Shown piece by piece: positions 48,762-59,429 of a stretch of DNA of 64,000 nt (position 1 is its first letter; each line of letters opens with the position of its first letter). This DNA comes from Candidatus Hydrogenedentota bacterium (GTDB taxonomy: Bacteria > Hydrogenedentota > Hydrogenedentia > Hydrogenedentales > SLHB01): positions 480,001-544,000 of the forward strand of contig CAXXYE010000009.1 in assembly GCA_963674865.2 (NCBI GenBank). Direction: 5' to 3'. Below the pieces are notes generated by a model. It worked only from the letters and a program-made list of their open reading frames with translations. It made no database searches and was not told where the DNA came from. Both the position numbers and the translations under genes were made by a program.

Positions 48762-50123
48762 TCATCGCGCGGCAGGCGCGAACACAATCTCCTGTACATC
48801 TTTCACATTCACATCTCTCGGCTGGACTTGCCGTTGAGCGGCAAGGGCCGCGGCCGTGCCGGCGGCTACGCCGGTGGCCATCGCAATAACCTGCACGCGA
48901 TACGAAGCCATGGCCTCGTGGCTTCCGCTGATGCACCGCCCGGCAACGAGCAATCCATCGACGCGCTCGGGCACCAGGCAGCCGTAAGGGATTTCATACG
49001 GCTTCGGCTTGGGATCCTCGCCGGGAAACAAGCCAATGGCCTGGCCGATTCCATCGGGATTGTGGATATCGACGATGAAGGACGCCTCCCGGACAACGGC
49101 CGTGTCCCAGGCGCGTCCGTCGAGCAGGTCGCGAAGCGCTAAATGCTCCACTCCGCGTATCCTTCGTGTCTCGCGGACGCCGATGACGGCGGGCATCCCC
49201 GATACATAAGCGTTCTGGAAGCCCGGCGCGCGTTTTCGGAGGAACTCGACAATGGGCTTCACCTGGCCCCGCGCCTCGAGTTCGGCCTTGGTGAGATCGC
49301 GCACGTCCGTACCGTCCAGCCTGTTTACCTGAGTCGCGTTGATAACGCGTTCATCACCGCGCAGGGATCGGTAGGTCCTCACGAAGCCGACTGTGGGGGG
49401 AAGTTCGCCGTTTGTGTTCGCGTCATGGGTTATCTCGTTCCACGTGCGGCCGTCCGGGAAGCGGTACTTGCGCCGCCCCCCCTGCGCCTCCATGGAGGCG
49501 CCGTCGTCAACGCCGGATACGCGGAACATGATGGACATGGGCTGGCACAGGCCGTCGGCATCCCACGAGGCTCCGGCGTCCCGTCCCTGATCGTAGGCCG
49601 CGCCGGCGCCGAAGGCCACGTCCCCGTCTCCGGTGGCATCCACGATCACACGCGCGCGCACCACGGCCATGCCCTGTTTGGTTAACAGGCGCACGCCGGA
49701 TACTCTGCCGCCATCGCTCAGGGGCCCAACGACGGGTGTATGCAGCAGAAAGTCCGCTCCGGCTTCGGCGAGCAATTCGGCATACTTGAGATCGATGAAC
49801 TCGTAATCCACGTTTCGGCCGCCGACCTGCTCGACAATCCTATCGACCCAGGCGCTCCGGACGCGTCCCATGAGAGGGCCCACCATGCCTTGCACGGCCA
49901 TGCCCCCCAGACGGCCATGGCGTTCCACCAGGAGGGCCTTGCAGCCTTGGCGAGCGGCCATTATCGCCGCCGCGATCCCCGCCGGGCCACCGCCGCAAAC
50001 CAGCACGTCCACGGTCGCCAGCTCGCGAAGGTCCGCGCCACTCGCCGTGGTATTGTCAGGCAAGCCGCTACCGGGGCCGCTGTCGGCGTTTTCCGTATTG
50101 ACTCGAGTCGATTCAGAACTCAT
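48762..50123 (-). CDS. FAD-dependent oxidoreductase (FAD_oxidored family)
   Basis: DVLVCGGGPAG, DATGDGD, GVRETRRIRG, YEIPYGCLVP and GRCIS..H.A..S.RV. Confidence 0.9.
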   Translation of the reverse strand: MSSESTRVNTENADSGPGSGLPDNTTASGADLRELATVDVLVCGGGPAGIAAAIMAARQGCKALLVERHGRLGGMAVQGMVGPLMGRVRSAWVDRIVEQVGGRNVDYEFIDLKYAELLAEAGADFLLHTPVVGPLSDGGRVSGVRLLTKQGMAVVRARVIVDATGDGDVAFGAGAAYDQGRDAGASWDADGLCQPMSIMFRVSGVDDGASMEAQGGRRKYRFPDGRTWNEITHDANTNGELPPTVGFVRTYRSLRGDERVINATQVNRLDGTDVRDLTKAELEARGQVKPIVEFLRKRAPGFQNAYVSGMPAVIGVRETRRIRGVEHLALRDLLDGRAWDTAVVREASFIVDIHNPDGIGQAIGLFPGEDPKPKPYEIPYGCLVPERVDGLLVAGRCISGSHEAMASYRVQVIAMATGVAAGTAAALAAQRQVQPRDVNVKDVQEIVFAPAAR

Positions 50124-50373
50124 GGATGAAGCTCCCAATGCAATGACGCACGGCACCGGCGCAATCCGGATGCGTCTTCACGAACGAAGCTTCCCGCGCG
50201 CCGACGCCGAGTATACCAGAGGCCCGCGCGCCGAGTCCGGCAAGCCTGAGGCATGGGCCTCTTGCAGGACACGCTGTAACAAGGGCATTCCGAGGCAGGT
50301 TGATGGCGCGGCCTTTCACGGGATATGTTCTCCTTGTGAAAACGGAATAGGATTGTGTTGGAGGAGATTAGCC

Positions 50374-51816
50374 GTGTTGGACCTCGTATTGACTTCCGCA
50401 GCGGCGCTCGCGTTGTTGCTTGTGCCCTCGGTGGCAAGCGCCGGCGCGTTCAGCGTTCGTGATTTTGGCGCACAGGGCGATCGAAACACCGATGATCAGA
50501 CAAGCATTCAGGCCGCCGTCGATGCCTGCGCCCAGGCCGGGGGAGGAATCGTGCTCTTCCCTCCCGGGAACTACCTTTCCAGCACGATTCACCTCAAGAG
50601 CCATGTCCAAGTCCAACTGGATGCGGGCGCGACACTCTGGGTGAATCCGTCGCCGTCCGGATATGAACACCCCTCGCACGGCCACCTCTTCGTGGCTGAA
50701 GACGCGGAGCACATCTCGATCATTGGTTCGGGCATCATTCACGGCCAGGGGACGGCCGATCACGGAAGGCGCCCAGGTGTTCCCAAAGAGAAGTTGCCCT
50801 TTCGTACAGGTATCCTACGATTCGAGCGATGCCGGCACGTGGCGATCCGCAATGTAGCGATACTCTACAGCGACGCCTGGACCCTCCACTTCAAACGCTG
50901 TGAGATGGTGTTCATCGACGGCGTCACTATTCTCAACAACTACTATCGCGTAAACTCGGACGGCATCGATCCGGACTCATGCCGCGATGTTCACATCTCC
51001 AACTGCCACATTGTGGCGGGCGATGACTGCATTGTCCTGAAATCCACTGAGGCCTATCCGTGTGAGAATGTGGTCGTCACCAACTGCACGCTCGAGAGTA
51101 TCGCGACGGCCGTGAAACTCGGTACGGAATCACTGGGCGACTTCCGCGACATCCATTTCTCCAACTGCGTCATCCGCAACACGTCGGTGGGAATAGGTTT
51201 CTATCTGAAAGACGGCGCCGTGATGGAGCGCGTCAGCTTTTCCAACATGTCTATCGAAACCGCCGACCCGGTGCAGGTGAGTCACGTCGTATTCCCCATC
51301 TTCATGGATATCGAACAGCGCCATGCTGATTCGCAGATCGGCGCCATTCGTGATGTGACTTTCAATAACATCCAGGTCGGCAGTGGAAGCGGGATACTCA
51401 TTCAAGGCATGCCCGAAAGCCTCATAGAGAACCTGACGATACGGGATCTGAACTTCCGCGTGGAGCGCGCCGACAGCTACGACGGGCGGACGAAGGCCGT
51501 GGGCGGGAGACGCACGACGGGCGACGATCGCGATGTTCTCTACGCGAGACAGCCCTCGTATGTTGCGTTGGCCTACGTCAGGGGCCTCATGCTGGACAAC
51601 GTGCGTGTCACCATAGCGGCGGATGCGTTCCGTGAGTATGAACGCTCGGCGGTGTCCGGACACGGACTCCAGGACGGCACGATTCGAGGAGTGTCTCGCT
51701 CTCCGGCCGGCGGCAGTGGGGAAATGCCTGTGGTTGCCCTGCAAGCCTGTCGCTCAGTTTCTACGATGAGCTGCGGCGCCGCTCTCAGTGACGCTGCCTC
51801 ATCACCGGATCCGTGA
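50374..51816 (+). CDS. Secreted GH28/pectin-lyase-fold glycoside hydrolase
   Basis: Signal peptide, VRDFGAQGD..TDD..IQAAVD, NSDGIDPDSC and GDDCIVLKS. SD GAGGAG. Confidence 0.88.
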   Translation: MLDLVLTSAAALALLLVPSVASAGAFSVRDFGAQGDRNTDDQTSIQAAVDACAQAGGGIVLFPPGNYLSSTIHLKSHVQVQLDAGATLWVNPSPSGYEHPSHGHLFVAEDAEHISIIGSGIIHGQGTADHGRRPGVPKEKLPFRTGILRFERCRHVAIRNVAILYSDAWTLHFKRCEMVFIDGVTILNNYYRVNSDGIDPDSCRDVHISNCHIVAGDDCIVLKSTEAYPCENVVVTNCTLESIATAVKLGTESLGDFRDIHFSNCVIRNTSVGIGFYLKDGAVMERVSFSNMSIETADPVQVSHVVFPIFMDIEQRHADSQIGAIRDVTFNNIQVGSGSGILIQGMPESLIENLTIRDLNFRVERADSYDGRTKAVGGRRTTGDDRDVLYARQPSYVALAYVRGLMLDNVRVTIAADAFREYERSAVSGHGLQDGTIRGVSRSPAGGSGEMPVVALQACRSVSTMSCGAALSDAASSPDP

Positions 51817-51834
51817 ACGCGCGGGAGATTTTCT

Positions 51835-54117
51835 TCAGGAGCGCACCCGCGAGAGCGAGATGAAGACAAGGGTAGGTGAGCCTGTCTCGGCCAGACTCGT
51901 GAGCGCCCATGCGCCATCCGGGGAAACGTAAACATCGGGGATTGTCCCCGAGCCCAGATAGGTAAGCTGGACACGCTGATGGGGCGGGCGGGGATCAACG
52001 GCCCACACCTGGTAGAGCCCCTTGCGATCCTTCGCCGTGACGACGAGGCGTTCACCCCTGAAGTCCCAGGCGCACGAGGCGGCGGCGCCGAGTTCCGCCT
52101 CGACGGCGCCGTCATCGGAGCGGATCAATCTCAAGACGCCCGTGCCGTCCTTCTCTCGGAAAGCCACGGCGAGCCGGCGGCCATCCGGGGAAAAGGGGGC
52201 CGCGGCCACTTGGAGATCTCCGGCGGCCAGTAGGCGTCCCTGAGGATTCGAGCCATCCGCCGGGGCCACGAGCAGTTTCGCCCCGCTTCTCCCGGCATCA
52301 CAGAGGAAAGTGAGTTGGCTGCCGTCCGGGGAATAGTTGAGCTGACGTACCGGAACCACCGTCCGCGCCACAACCGAGTACGTATCAGCGAAGAGTTTTC
52401 CGAATCCGGCGACTTGGGCTATCTCCCAGGCGTCTCCCCGCTCGGTAGCGCAGGCGATGGCCAAGGCCCTTCCGTCGGCCCGAACGTCCGCGGCCTCGAC
52501 GCTCCCAATCGCCGGGGGAAGGCCGCCCGGGCCGGCCTCGCGGGGAAAGGTGAGCACGGAGTGCGTCGCGGGCCTGGCGGGCTCACACATATAAGACAAG
52601 AGCGAGCCCACGGGAGGGCCCGTTCCGTTTTCCCTCTCTATGTAACGCAAGAGCGCGCGGCCTTGCCATGCGGTTTCATGAGCGCCGTGAGGCCCAAATG
52701 TCAACACGCACAGCGCCGGTTCGCGGCGGGCGTCATCCACCGGCTTTACAGGCGCAAAAGAAATGCGTGCCTGCCGCCCGGCCGGGTCGAGCGCGTAGAC
52801 GGCATATTGGCCCTCCCGGGCTGTATCGGACTGGCCTGCGAATTCGACTAAGGTCTCGGAGCCGCCGGAGGGCCAGCCCGCCCGCTTCAGGTGAAAGCCG
52901 GGCAGGTGGATGGGCGCCAGGATGATGCCTTGGGCCTCATTGATCCATGTGGCACAGGCGCCGCCGTAGGCCCAGCGATGAATCCCGTGGTCTCTCCCGT
53001 AGACGGTGTCGTGCGGAGCGGCCCAGCGTGCTCGTGAGAATGCCAATCCACCGATAGCCAAGGTCGCCGCGAGGGCGGCGCCCACCACGGCCAGCAGAAG
53101 CATGCGGTCAATCAGTTTGTGCCGCGTCTTCTGGAATCGCTCACGGAGCGCCCGCGGAAGAAGAGGTCTCCGCGCGGAACGGATGTGCTTCTCGGCGGGG
53201 AGAGGTGTGGGTGTGCCCATCGTTTGCCGGAATGAGGCAAACACGTCGGCCATTCCCTCGGCCTCATCTAGCGATTCACCTGCGCTTACACGCGCGATGG
53301 CATCGGCGAGCGCCTCGGCGTTTGCGGGGCGGTCCTTCGGATCCTTTTCAATCATGAAGGCCACAAGGCGCTCGACGTCCCGGGGAACATCAGGCATCAA
53401 CTCCTTCAGCCGCGTGGGTGGGCCGGCGATGATCTTCCGAATGAGCGAGACGGGTGTCGATGCCTCGTAGGGCAAACGCCCCGAAATCATCTGAAAGAGT
53501 ACGACGCCCAAGGAGTAGATATCGCTCGACGCGGTGATAAGCTTGTTTTGGCATCGCTCAGGCGACATGTATTGCGGCGTCCCCAGGCGCGATCCATCCA
53601 GCGTAAGCTGGACCTCCGCGGAGAGCAGTTTGGCGATTCCAAAATCGAGCACGTGGACGTGGTCATCAGCGCCGATGAGGATGTTGCCCGGCTTGATATC
53701 GCGATGGATGATCCTGGCTTCGTGGGCGCACGCCAAGGCTCGCGCCACTTGCTCGGCCAGGTACAGCGCGCGTTGAACGTCGAGATGATTCTCTCGTTCG
53801 AGGATCCGGCTCAGGGCCTCGCTTTCGAGGTATTCCATCGCCATGTATGGGATGTTGCCTACCGAACCTACGGAGTAGATGTGGACAATGTTTGGGTGGT
53901 CCAGCTGGGCGACGGCTTCGGCCTCCCGGTAGAACCGGGCGATAAGATTGGAGTGGCCGCGCAGGTGTTCCCGGAGCACTTTGAGGGCGCAGGTTCGCTC
54001 AAGGGATACATCAACGGCGCGGTAAACCACGCCCATGCCGCCTTGGCCTACCGTCTCGAGGATCCGGTAGTTGCCGAACATGGCACAGGAAGATGCGGCT
54101 CCTGTATCTCCTTGCAT
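51835..54117 (-). CDS. Hanks-type Ser/Thr kinase with TM and extracytoplasmic TolB/PD40-like propeller (paralog 2)
   Basis: GQGGMG, ALK, HRDIKPGN, DFG and GTPQYMSPE, then a TM helix and SPDG repeats. Confidence 0.9.
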   Translation of the reverse strand: MQGDTGAASSCAMFGNYRILETVGQGGMGVVYRAVDVSLERTCALKVLREHLRGHSNLIARFYREAEAVAQLDHPNIVHIYSVGSVGNIPYMAMEYLESEALSRILERENHLDVQRALYLAEQVARALACAHEARIIHRDIKPGNILIGADDHVHVLDFGIAKLLSAEVQLTLDGSRLGTPQYMSPERCQNKLITASSDIYSLGVVLFQMISGRLPYEASTPVSLIRKIIAGPPTRLKELMPDVPRDVERLVAFMIEKDPKDRPANAEALADAIARVSAGESLDEAEGMADVFASFRQTMGTPTPLPAEKHIRSARRPLLPRALRERFQKTRHKLIDRMLLLAVVGAALAATLAIGGLAFSRARWAAPHDTVYGRDHGIHRWAYGGACATWINEAQGIILAPIHLPGFHLKRAGWPSGGSETLVEFAGQSDTAREGQYAVYALDPAGRQARISFAPVKPVDDARREPALCVLTFGPHGAHETAWQGRALLRYIERENGTGPPVGSLLSYMCEPARPATHSVLTFPREAGPGGLPPAIGSVEAADVRADGRALAIACATERGDAWEIAQVAGFGKLFADTYSVVARTVVPVRQLNYSPDGSQLTFLCDAGRSGAKLLVAPADGSNPQGRLLAAGDLQVAAAPFSPDGRRLAVAFREKDGTGVLRLIRSDDGAVEAELGAAASCAWDFRGERLVVTAKDRKGLYQVWAVDPRPPHQRVQLTYLGSGTIPDVYVSPDGAWALTSLAETGSPTLVFISLSRVRS

Positions 54118-54161
54118 GCTCCCTCTCTTCCGCTAACGCCTGCGGACGTCGTTGCGTTGGC

Positions 54162-56456
54162 TCATGTATGTAGTTTCACCGATACCGGCGCCAAATCGAC
54201 GAATACAAGCGAGGGGCGATTCGCCCTGCGGGCAACGGCAACCGCCCACGCGCCATCGCCTGAGACAGCGCATTCTTCCAGCACGCCTTGTTCAACGGCG
54301 GTGATCGGAGCCTTGTCATAGGGGGACTGCACCGAAACCGCCCAAAGCTGACGTGCCTCTTTCTCCTGGCCCGCGCCGGCGGCCGCACCGTGGCCGGCGA
54401 CGACCAGGTAGCCTGAGCGATGCCACGCGTCCTCGCTCAATCGGCCGTATCCAAGACGCTCCAATATGCGTCCGTCGCGGGAATCAATCAGGACGATTTC
54501 CGGATCGCCGTCGCCTCCGGATTCGATGTTGAGTGCAATGCGGCGCCCGTCGGGACTGAAAGCATAGGTGTCGCCCAAGGCTCCGATGGCCAACGGCATC
54601 CCGTTGGTTTCGGAACCGTCCGAAGCGACCACCCAAAGCTCGCGGTCTGAGGGGCCACTATCTCGGATGTAGGCGATTCGACTACCGTCGTCAGAGTATT
54701 GAACACTCTCGGGCAATATGTCGGCCCCGGCCGTCGTCAGCCGGCGTCCCACACGGCCGGCCGGCCTCCAGCGGGTATCCCGCTCGACGAGGTAATTGCT
54801 CCCCCAGGCACGATCGTAAAGAACCAAGCAGAGCGTAAACCCGTCGGGCCCAGGTACGGCATGGCCTGGGGCGTGCGCTCCGGGTAGGCCCGCAACACCG
54901 GGACGCCACGCATCCGCACGTGTTCTGTATAACGGCGTAGGCCTTGGCAGGGCCTCGTTCCACTTCTGAGCCACCACGACGACTTCTTGCGGCCCCCGGT
55001 GAGCCGGGCCGTCGCAAAGCCCCAGGAACACGCTTTCGCGAAGCGTGGCTTCGTCCAGCAGAGGTGGCGTCCACAAGACACTCGTGCGGGGAAGCCATGC
55101 ACGCGGCGAGGGACCGTCCATCAGTGGGCCTGAAGGAGGCTGGAGACTTAACGCCGTACGCGTGGACGGGTCGATTGCCAGCAGGCCGGAGGCCTCTTGC
55201 GTGAGCGTGCCGTCAAGGCCGCGGGCGCGCACAACGGCCACGGGCTTCTCGCCAACCCAGGTTACCTCAGCAAAGCCGAAGCCCGGCGCCGCGAATTGAG
55301 CCAGTATCTCGCCTTCCCGCCCAAGACTGAACGCGACAGCATCCAGGTTCGGCGCATCCTCGATGCGCGGCTGTGGGGCCGTTCGCAAGACAAACACCCC
55401 GATCACGAAAGCCGCAACAACGGCCACGAGGGCGGCGGAGAGCAGCACCCGAGGACGCCGCCACACCCGGGGCTTGGTTCGTCCGGCCACGGGATGGCGC
55501 GTCTTGCTGCGTTTCTGGGGCGGGGTCGTGAGGAGCCGCAATGGCCGCGGCTCTGCCTGTTCCCTGATGAACTCCGCGAGCGCTGTAGGCAGCGCCGACT
55601 CGCCTCCCTCACTTTCTTGCAGATGGACAATTGTCTCGCAAACAGCCCGGCAACTCTCGGGGCGGCTCCCGGGTTGCTTCTCGAGGAGGTGCGCAACCAG
55701 GCGGGCCACATCGTCAGGTACATCCGGCACAAGCTTGTTGAGACGGGGCGCATCATCGTTCGAGATGCTCTTCACCAACGCCATGGCCGAGTCGCCCGTA
55801 TACGGCAACTGGCCGGCGATCATCTGGTGCAGCGTGACACCCAACGAAAAAAGGTCACTGGCGGGGGTGGCTTCTTTGTTGTCGCAAAGCTCGGGAGACA
55901 TATACTGGGGCGTCCCGATAAGCCCGCCCCCCTCGGAGTCGAGGTGACCCGCCGTCTGCACGTTGGCAATTCCGAAGTCCGTTAAGCGCACCCGGCCGCT
56001 GTGGTCGAGCATGATGTTCGCGGGCTTCACATCACGATGTACGATGCCGCGCTCATGCGCGCACTGGAGAGCTTGCGCCACTTGATACGCGATATGCAGC
56101 GCGTTCGGCCACTTGACGGAAACCTTGCGGCGGAGAAAGCGGTCAAGCGGTTCGCCCTCGACGTACTCCATCGCAATATATGGTGTGCCTTCTTCGATGC
56201 CTGCCGCGTAGATACGCACGATGTTGGGATGACGCAGTGGCGCCGTGGCCTGCGCCTCCTGATGGAACCGACGCACAACTGCCTGGTTCCGCGCGAGGCT
56301 GCCCAGAAGAACCTTGAGGGCCACATTGCGGTTGAGCGATGTATCACGAGCAAGGTAGACGGTAGCCATGGCGCCGCGGCCGACAAGGCCGAGCACTTCG
56401 TAGACCCCGAGCGTTGCCCCTACAAGAGAGGCGTGCCCCCGTTCAGTTGATACCAT
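54162..56456 (-). CDS. Hanks-type Ser/Thr kinase with TM and extracytoplasmic TolB/PD40-like propeller (paralog 1)
   Basis: GRGAMA, ALK, HRDVKPAN, DFG and GTPQYMSPE, then a TM helix and SDDG/SPDG repeats. Confidence 0.9.
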   Translation of the reverse strand: MVSTERGHASLVGATLGVYEVLGLVGRGAMATVYLARDTSLNRNVALKVLLGSLARNQAVVRRFHQEAQATAPLRHPNIVRIYAAGIEEGTPYIAMEYVEGEPLDRFLRRKVSVKWPNALHIAYQVAQALQCAHERGIVHRDVKPANIMLDHSGRVRLTDFGIANVQTAGHLDSEGGGLIGTPQYMSPELCDNKEATPASDLFSLGVTLHQMIAGQLPYTGDSAMALVKSISNDDAPRLNKLVPDVPDDVARLVAHLLEKQPGSRPESCRAVCETIVHLQESEGGESALPTALAEFIREQAEPRPLRLLTTPPQKRSKTRHPVAGRTKPRVWRRPRVLLSAALVAVVAAFVIGVFVLRTAPQPRIEDAPNLDAVAFSLGREGEILAQFAAPGFGFAEVTWVGEKPVAVVRARGLDGTLTQEASGLLAIDPSTRTALSLQPPSGPLMDGPSPRAWLPRTSVLWTPPLLDEATLRESVFLGLCDGPAHRGPQEVVVVAQKWNEALPRPTPLYRTRADAWRPGVAGLPGAHAPGHAVPGPDGFTLCLVLYDRAWGSNYLVERDTRWRPAGRVGRRLTTAGADILPESVQYSDDGSRIAYIRDSGPSDRELWVVASDGSETNGMPLAIGALGDTYAFSPDGRRIALNIESGGDGDPEIVLIDSRDGRILERLGYGRLSEDAWHRSGYLVVAGHGAAAGAGQEKEARQLWAVSVQSPYDKAPITAVEQGVLEECAVSGDGAWAVAVARRANRPSLVFVDLAPVSVKLHT

Positions 56457-56481
56457 ATCATGGCCTTTGGGCTTGCCTTTG

Positions 56482-56497
56482 TCCCTATATATTGTGT
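56482..56497. promoter_or_regulatory. NrdR-box-like AT-rich site
   Basis: TCCCTATATATTGTGT, containing the same 13-mer as 9173-9185. It lies just downstream of the kinase promoter. Confidence 0.35.
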
Positions 56498-56516
56498 ATC
56501 AAGCCCTATTGTGACG

Positions 56517-56545
56517 AATTTAACACGCCCAATGGATTGTGTCAA
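56517..56545 (-). promoter_or_regulatory. Sigma70 promoter for the kinase pair
   Basis: Minus strand TTGACA-N17-TAAATT, about 60 nt upstream of the kinase ATG. Confidence 0.6.
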
Positions 56546-56653
56546 GTAATAATTCCACGAAAAGAAGCCGTAGGTTCCGCGAGTGGGTCCGGCTCAGGAA
56601 GATGAGTCGAGTAAGTACTTGGGCGACAACAAGCTGAAGCGACCGCCGGGCCT

Positions 56654-58117
56654 CTACCGCCTGCGGCCCCTTCTGGTGCGCCCTTGTTCGTCCAGCTCGA
56701 AGGTCCACCGATGTCCTCGGATGTCGATGGCGGTGACAAACTGGAGCGCTAGGGGCGCTTGAGGCGGTACGGTGGCGGGAGGGGCTATGACGGGCGCAGG
56801 ACTCCGCCCGATGGGTGCATCGGCGAAGGATACGATGCCCGCCTCATCGGTTCGGAAGAGGCGCGTCATGCCGTGGCCTCCGGACAGGAGGTCCGCCAAG
56901 AGAAGGGCGGTGTCGATTGGGTCGCCGATCTTTACGTCGAAGAGCTCCGCGGCCATCCGAAAGGTGGCCTCTGAATTGATAAACCAGAGGAAGGCGGTGG
57001 CGGGAAGCAGCTCGTCGGGGTGCTCGAGATAGAACGCGGGCGGGATATCTTTGCGCAGGTAGTGGCCTTTCTCGGCGCGGGCGCTCGCAAGGATGATATC
57101 GCGTCGGAGTCTAAGGCCCGGGCGGCGAGCGAACTGCGTGGTCTGGACGGCGCGGACGATGGATGCGGCGGCGTTTACAGTGAAAACGGGGGCTGTGGGT
57201 CGTTCGCCGCGGAGGAAGAATTCTTCGGAGTTGGTCGGTAGGTTCATGGGGGCTGGCCTCACGATAACGAGCGGCCCGGAAAGGCTCAAGCCATGGTTGG
57301 CGGCGTTCAGCCCTAGGGCCTCGGGCACAACAAAAGCCGCCGTATCAAGCAAGTCGCGGGGAAACGCTCGCACCAGGCTATCGAGGCTCGTCAACTGGGC
57401 AATGTCGAGAGCGCCGTTGTCCAGAAGCAAGAGGCCATGGTTGCGCCAGAAGGCCCGCGTGCTGGCGGGGAAAGCAGGACTTGCTGCGAAGTTTGGAGTC
57501 TCTCGACCCGAGCCGAGGGGCGGTGCGTAGGCGGCGATGGTAAGGCAGGTCTGAACGCTCAACCAGACGTCGTGGCCACCGGGGCGTTGTACGACATCCT
57601 GTGGCCACGACAGGGGATACTTCTCGACCGCGCGATTCAAAATCTGAAACACCGGGCGGAAATCGGCCGGCTCGAGTTCCGTCCGTATCCGGTGGAGCCA
57701 TTGCTGCGCCGCCTCCTGAGAAGACGCCTCGGAGGCCGAGGGAGAGGCAGCCATCCGCCTTCGGCCCTGTTGGACTGCCTCCGCGGCCGCAATTGCCGAT
57801 GCCCGGGCCGCCTGGACTTTGGCCTCGCCCGCTCGACGGAGGGCGTACTGCCAAAAACCGCCCAGTGAGGGCGTGAAAAGACGCTCTTCAAAGTAGTCTT
57901 CAAAGAAAGCTTGCCACTCGTGGGCTGAGGAGTCCTCACTCGCCAATGCGGCGATGGCCGAATCGGCGGCGGCCACATCTTTACCAGCGGACACCTTGTC
58001 GAACAGGGCGGCCAAGTCTGGATCGAGCGTGGGCGTTGATTCAGCGAAAGCCCCGCAGCCTGCCCATAGTACAACGGGCAAACTCACGAGGAGCGTCCTG
58101 GTCACAACGTTCTTCAT
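56654..58117 (-). CDS. Secreted or lipoprotein hypothetical protein
   Basis: MKNVVTRTLLVSLPVVLWAGC signal/lipobox-like start and a long ORF that fills the gap. No recognised domain. Confidence 0.6.
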   Translation of the reverse strand: MKNVVTRTLLVSLPVVLWAGCGAFAESTPTLDPDLAALFDKVSAGKDVAAADSAIAALASEDSSAHEWQAFFEDYFEERLFTPSLGGFWQYALRRAGEAKVQAARASAIAAAEAVQQGRRRMAASPSASEASSQEAAQQWLHRIRTELEPADFRPVFQILNRAVEKYPLSWPQDVVQRPGGHDVWLSVQTCLTIAAYAPPLGSGRETPNFAASPAFPASTRAFWRNHGLLLLDNGALDIAQLTSLDSLVRAFPRDLLDTAAFVVPEALGLNAANHGLSLSGPLVIVRPAPMNLPTNSEEFFLRGERPTAPVFTVNAAASIVRAVQTTQFARRPGLRLRRDIILASARAEKGHYLRKDIPPAFYLEHPDELLPATAFLWFINSEATFRMAAELFDVKIGDPIDTALLLADLLSGGHGMTRLFRTDEAGIVSFADAPIGRSPAPVIAPPATVPPQAPLALQFVTAIDIRGHRWTFELDEQGRTRRGRRR

Positions 58118-58276
58118 CAATAACATTATACCTGCCGGACGGGACTGTGCGGACAACTTCATGGATTGTGTCGATAGGTTATACCGCACGAAGCGCAGTT
58201 CGCTGCGGGGGGGGGAGCGATACCAGCCAAAGGTACTTGGCCGAGGGCAGCGTGGCACCATCGCAATAGGGACAAT

Positions 58277-59374
58277 CTACGAAGCGCGCGCGGCAGCTTC
58301 CATACTGTCAAGGAACTGCGCGAAAAGGTAGCGGCTGTCATGAGGCCCCGGCGAGGCCTCAGGGTGATACTGCACGCTGAAGACGGGCCACTCTTTATGC
58401 TGCATGCCTTCGACAGAGCGGTCATTCAAGTTGATGTGCGTGATCTCGACGCGTTCCGGATCGAGGGAATCCGGGTCCACGGCGAAGCCGTGGTTCTGCG
58501 CGCTGATCTCGACGCGCCCCGTCCGGGTCTGAAGCACGGGCTGATTGCCTCCCCGGTGGCCGAACTTGAGCTTGTATGTCGTGCCGCCGAAGGCATGGGC
58601 CAGAATCTGATGTCCCAGACAAATCCCGAAGATCGGCCGCTCTCCGAACAGGTCTTTCACGGTCGGGTAGATATAGGGCAAAGCGGCCGGGTCGCCCGGG
58701 CCGTTTGAAAGAAACACGCCGTGAGGGTCGTGGGACAACACTTCGTCGGCAGTCGCGGTTGCGGGAACCACGGTGACTTTGCAGCCCGCTTCCGCCAAGA
58801 GCCGCAGGATGTTGTACTTGATACCGTAGTCACAGGCTACAACTCGGAACCGGCCGGGTTGGTGCGGATTCCAGACGTAGGGCTCCTTGACGGTGACGGC
58901 CTTCACATGATCGCTTCCCTTCATGTCAGGAGATTCCGCCGCCTTCTTCACGAGTCGCGCATGATCGAAATCGCAGGTACTGATGATCGCGCGCTGCGCG
59001 CCCTTGTTGCGCAGCAGAAGCGTGATCCTCCGTGTGTCGACGCCGTCGATACCTACGATATTGTGCTTCCGGAGATACTCCGGCAGCGTAGCTTGGGCGC
59101 GCCAGTTGCTGGGTTCGTGGCAGCACTCGCGCATGACAAAACCTTGGACAAAGGGCTTGCGGGATTCGACGTCGGCCTCGTTGACGCCGTAGTTGCCGAT
59201 CAGGGGATAGGTCATCGTCACAATTTGGCCGGCGTAGGACGGGTCGGTGAGGATTTCCTGATAGCCCGTCATGCTTGTATTGAACACAAGCTCGCCCGTC
59301 GCCTCACCGTCTGCGCCCACAGCGAAGCCTTCAAATACCGCTCCGTCTTCCAGGGCGAGGATGGCTTTCTTCAC
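58277..59374 (-). CDS. carA: Carbamoyl-phosphate synthase small subunit
   Basis: [41 protein letters not shown] and [13 protein letters not shown] start with SD GAGGAG. Confidence 0.98.
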   Translation of the reverse strand: MKKAILALEDGAVFEGFAVGADGEATGELVFNTSMTGYQEILTDPSYAGQIVTMTYPLIGNYGVNEADVESRKPFVQGFVMRECCHEPSNWRAQATLPEYLRKHNIVGIDGVDTRRITLLLRNKGAQRAIISTCDFDHARLVKKAAESPDMKGSDHVKAVTVKEPYVWNPHQPGRFRVVACDYGIKYNILRLLAEAGCKVTVVPATATADEVLSHDPHGVFLSNGPGDPAALPYIYPTVKDLFGERPIFGICLGHQILAHAFGGTTYKLKFGHRGGNQPVLQTRTGRVEISAQNHGFAVDPDSLDPERVEITHINLNDRSVEGMQHKEWPVFSVQYHPEASPGPHDSRYLFAQFLDSMEAAARAS

Positions 59375-59429
59375 TTTCGTACTCCTCTTTGGGACGATAC
59401 GGCCCGACGATCCACGCAAACGTACTGCT

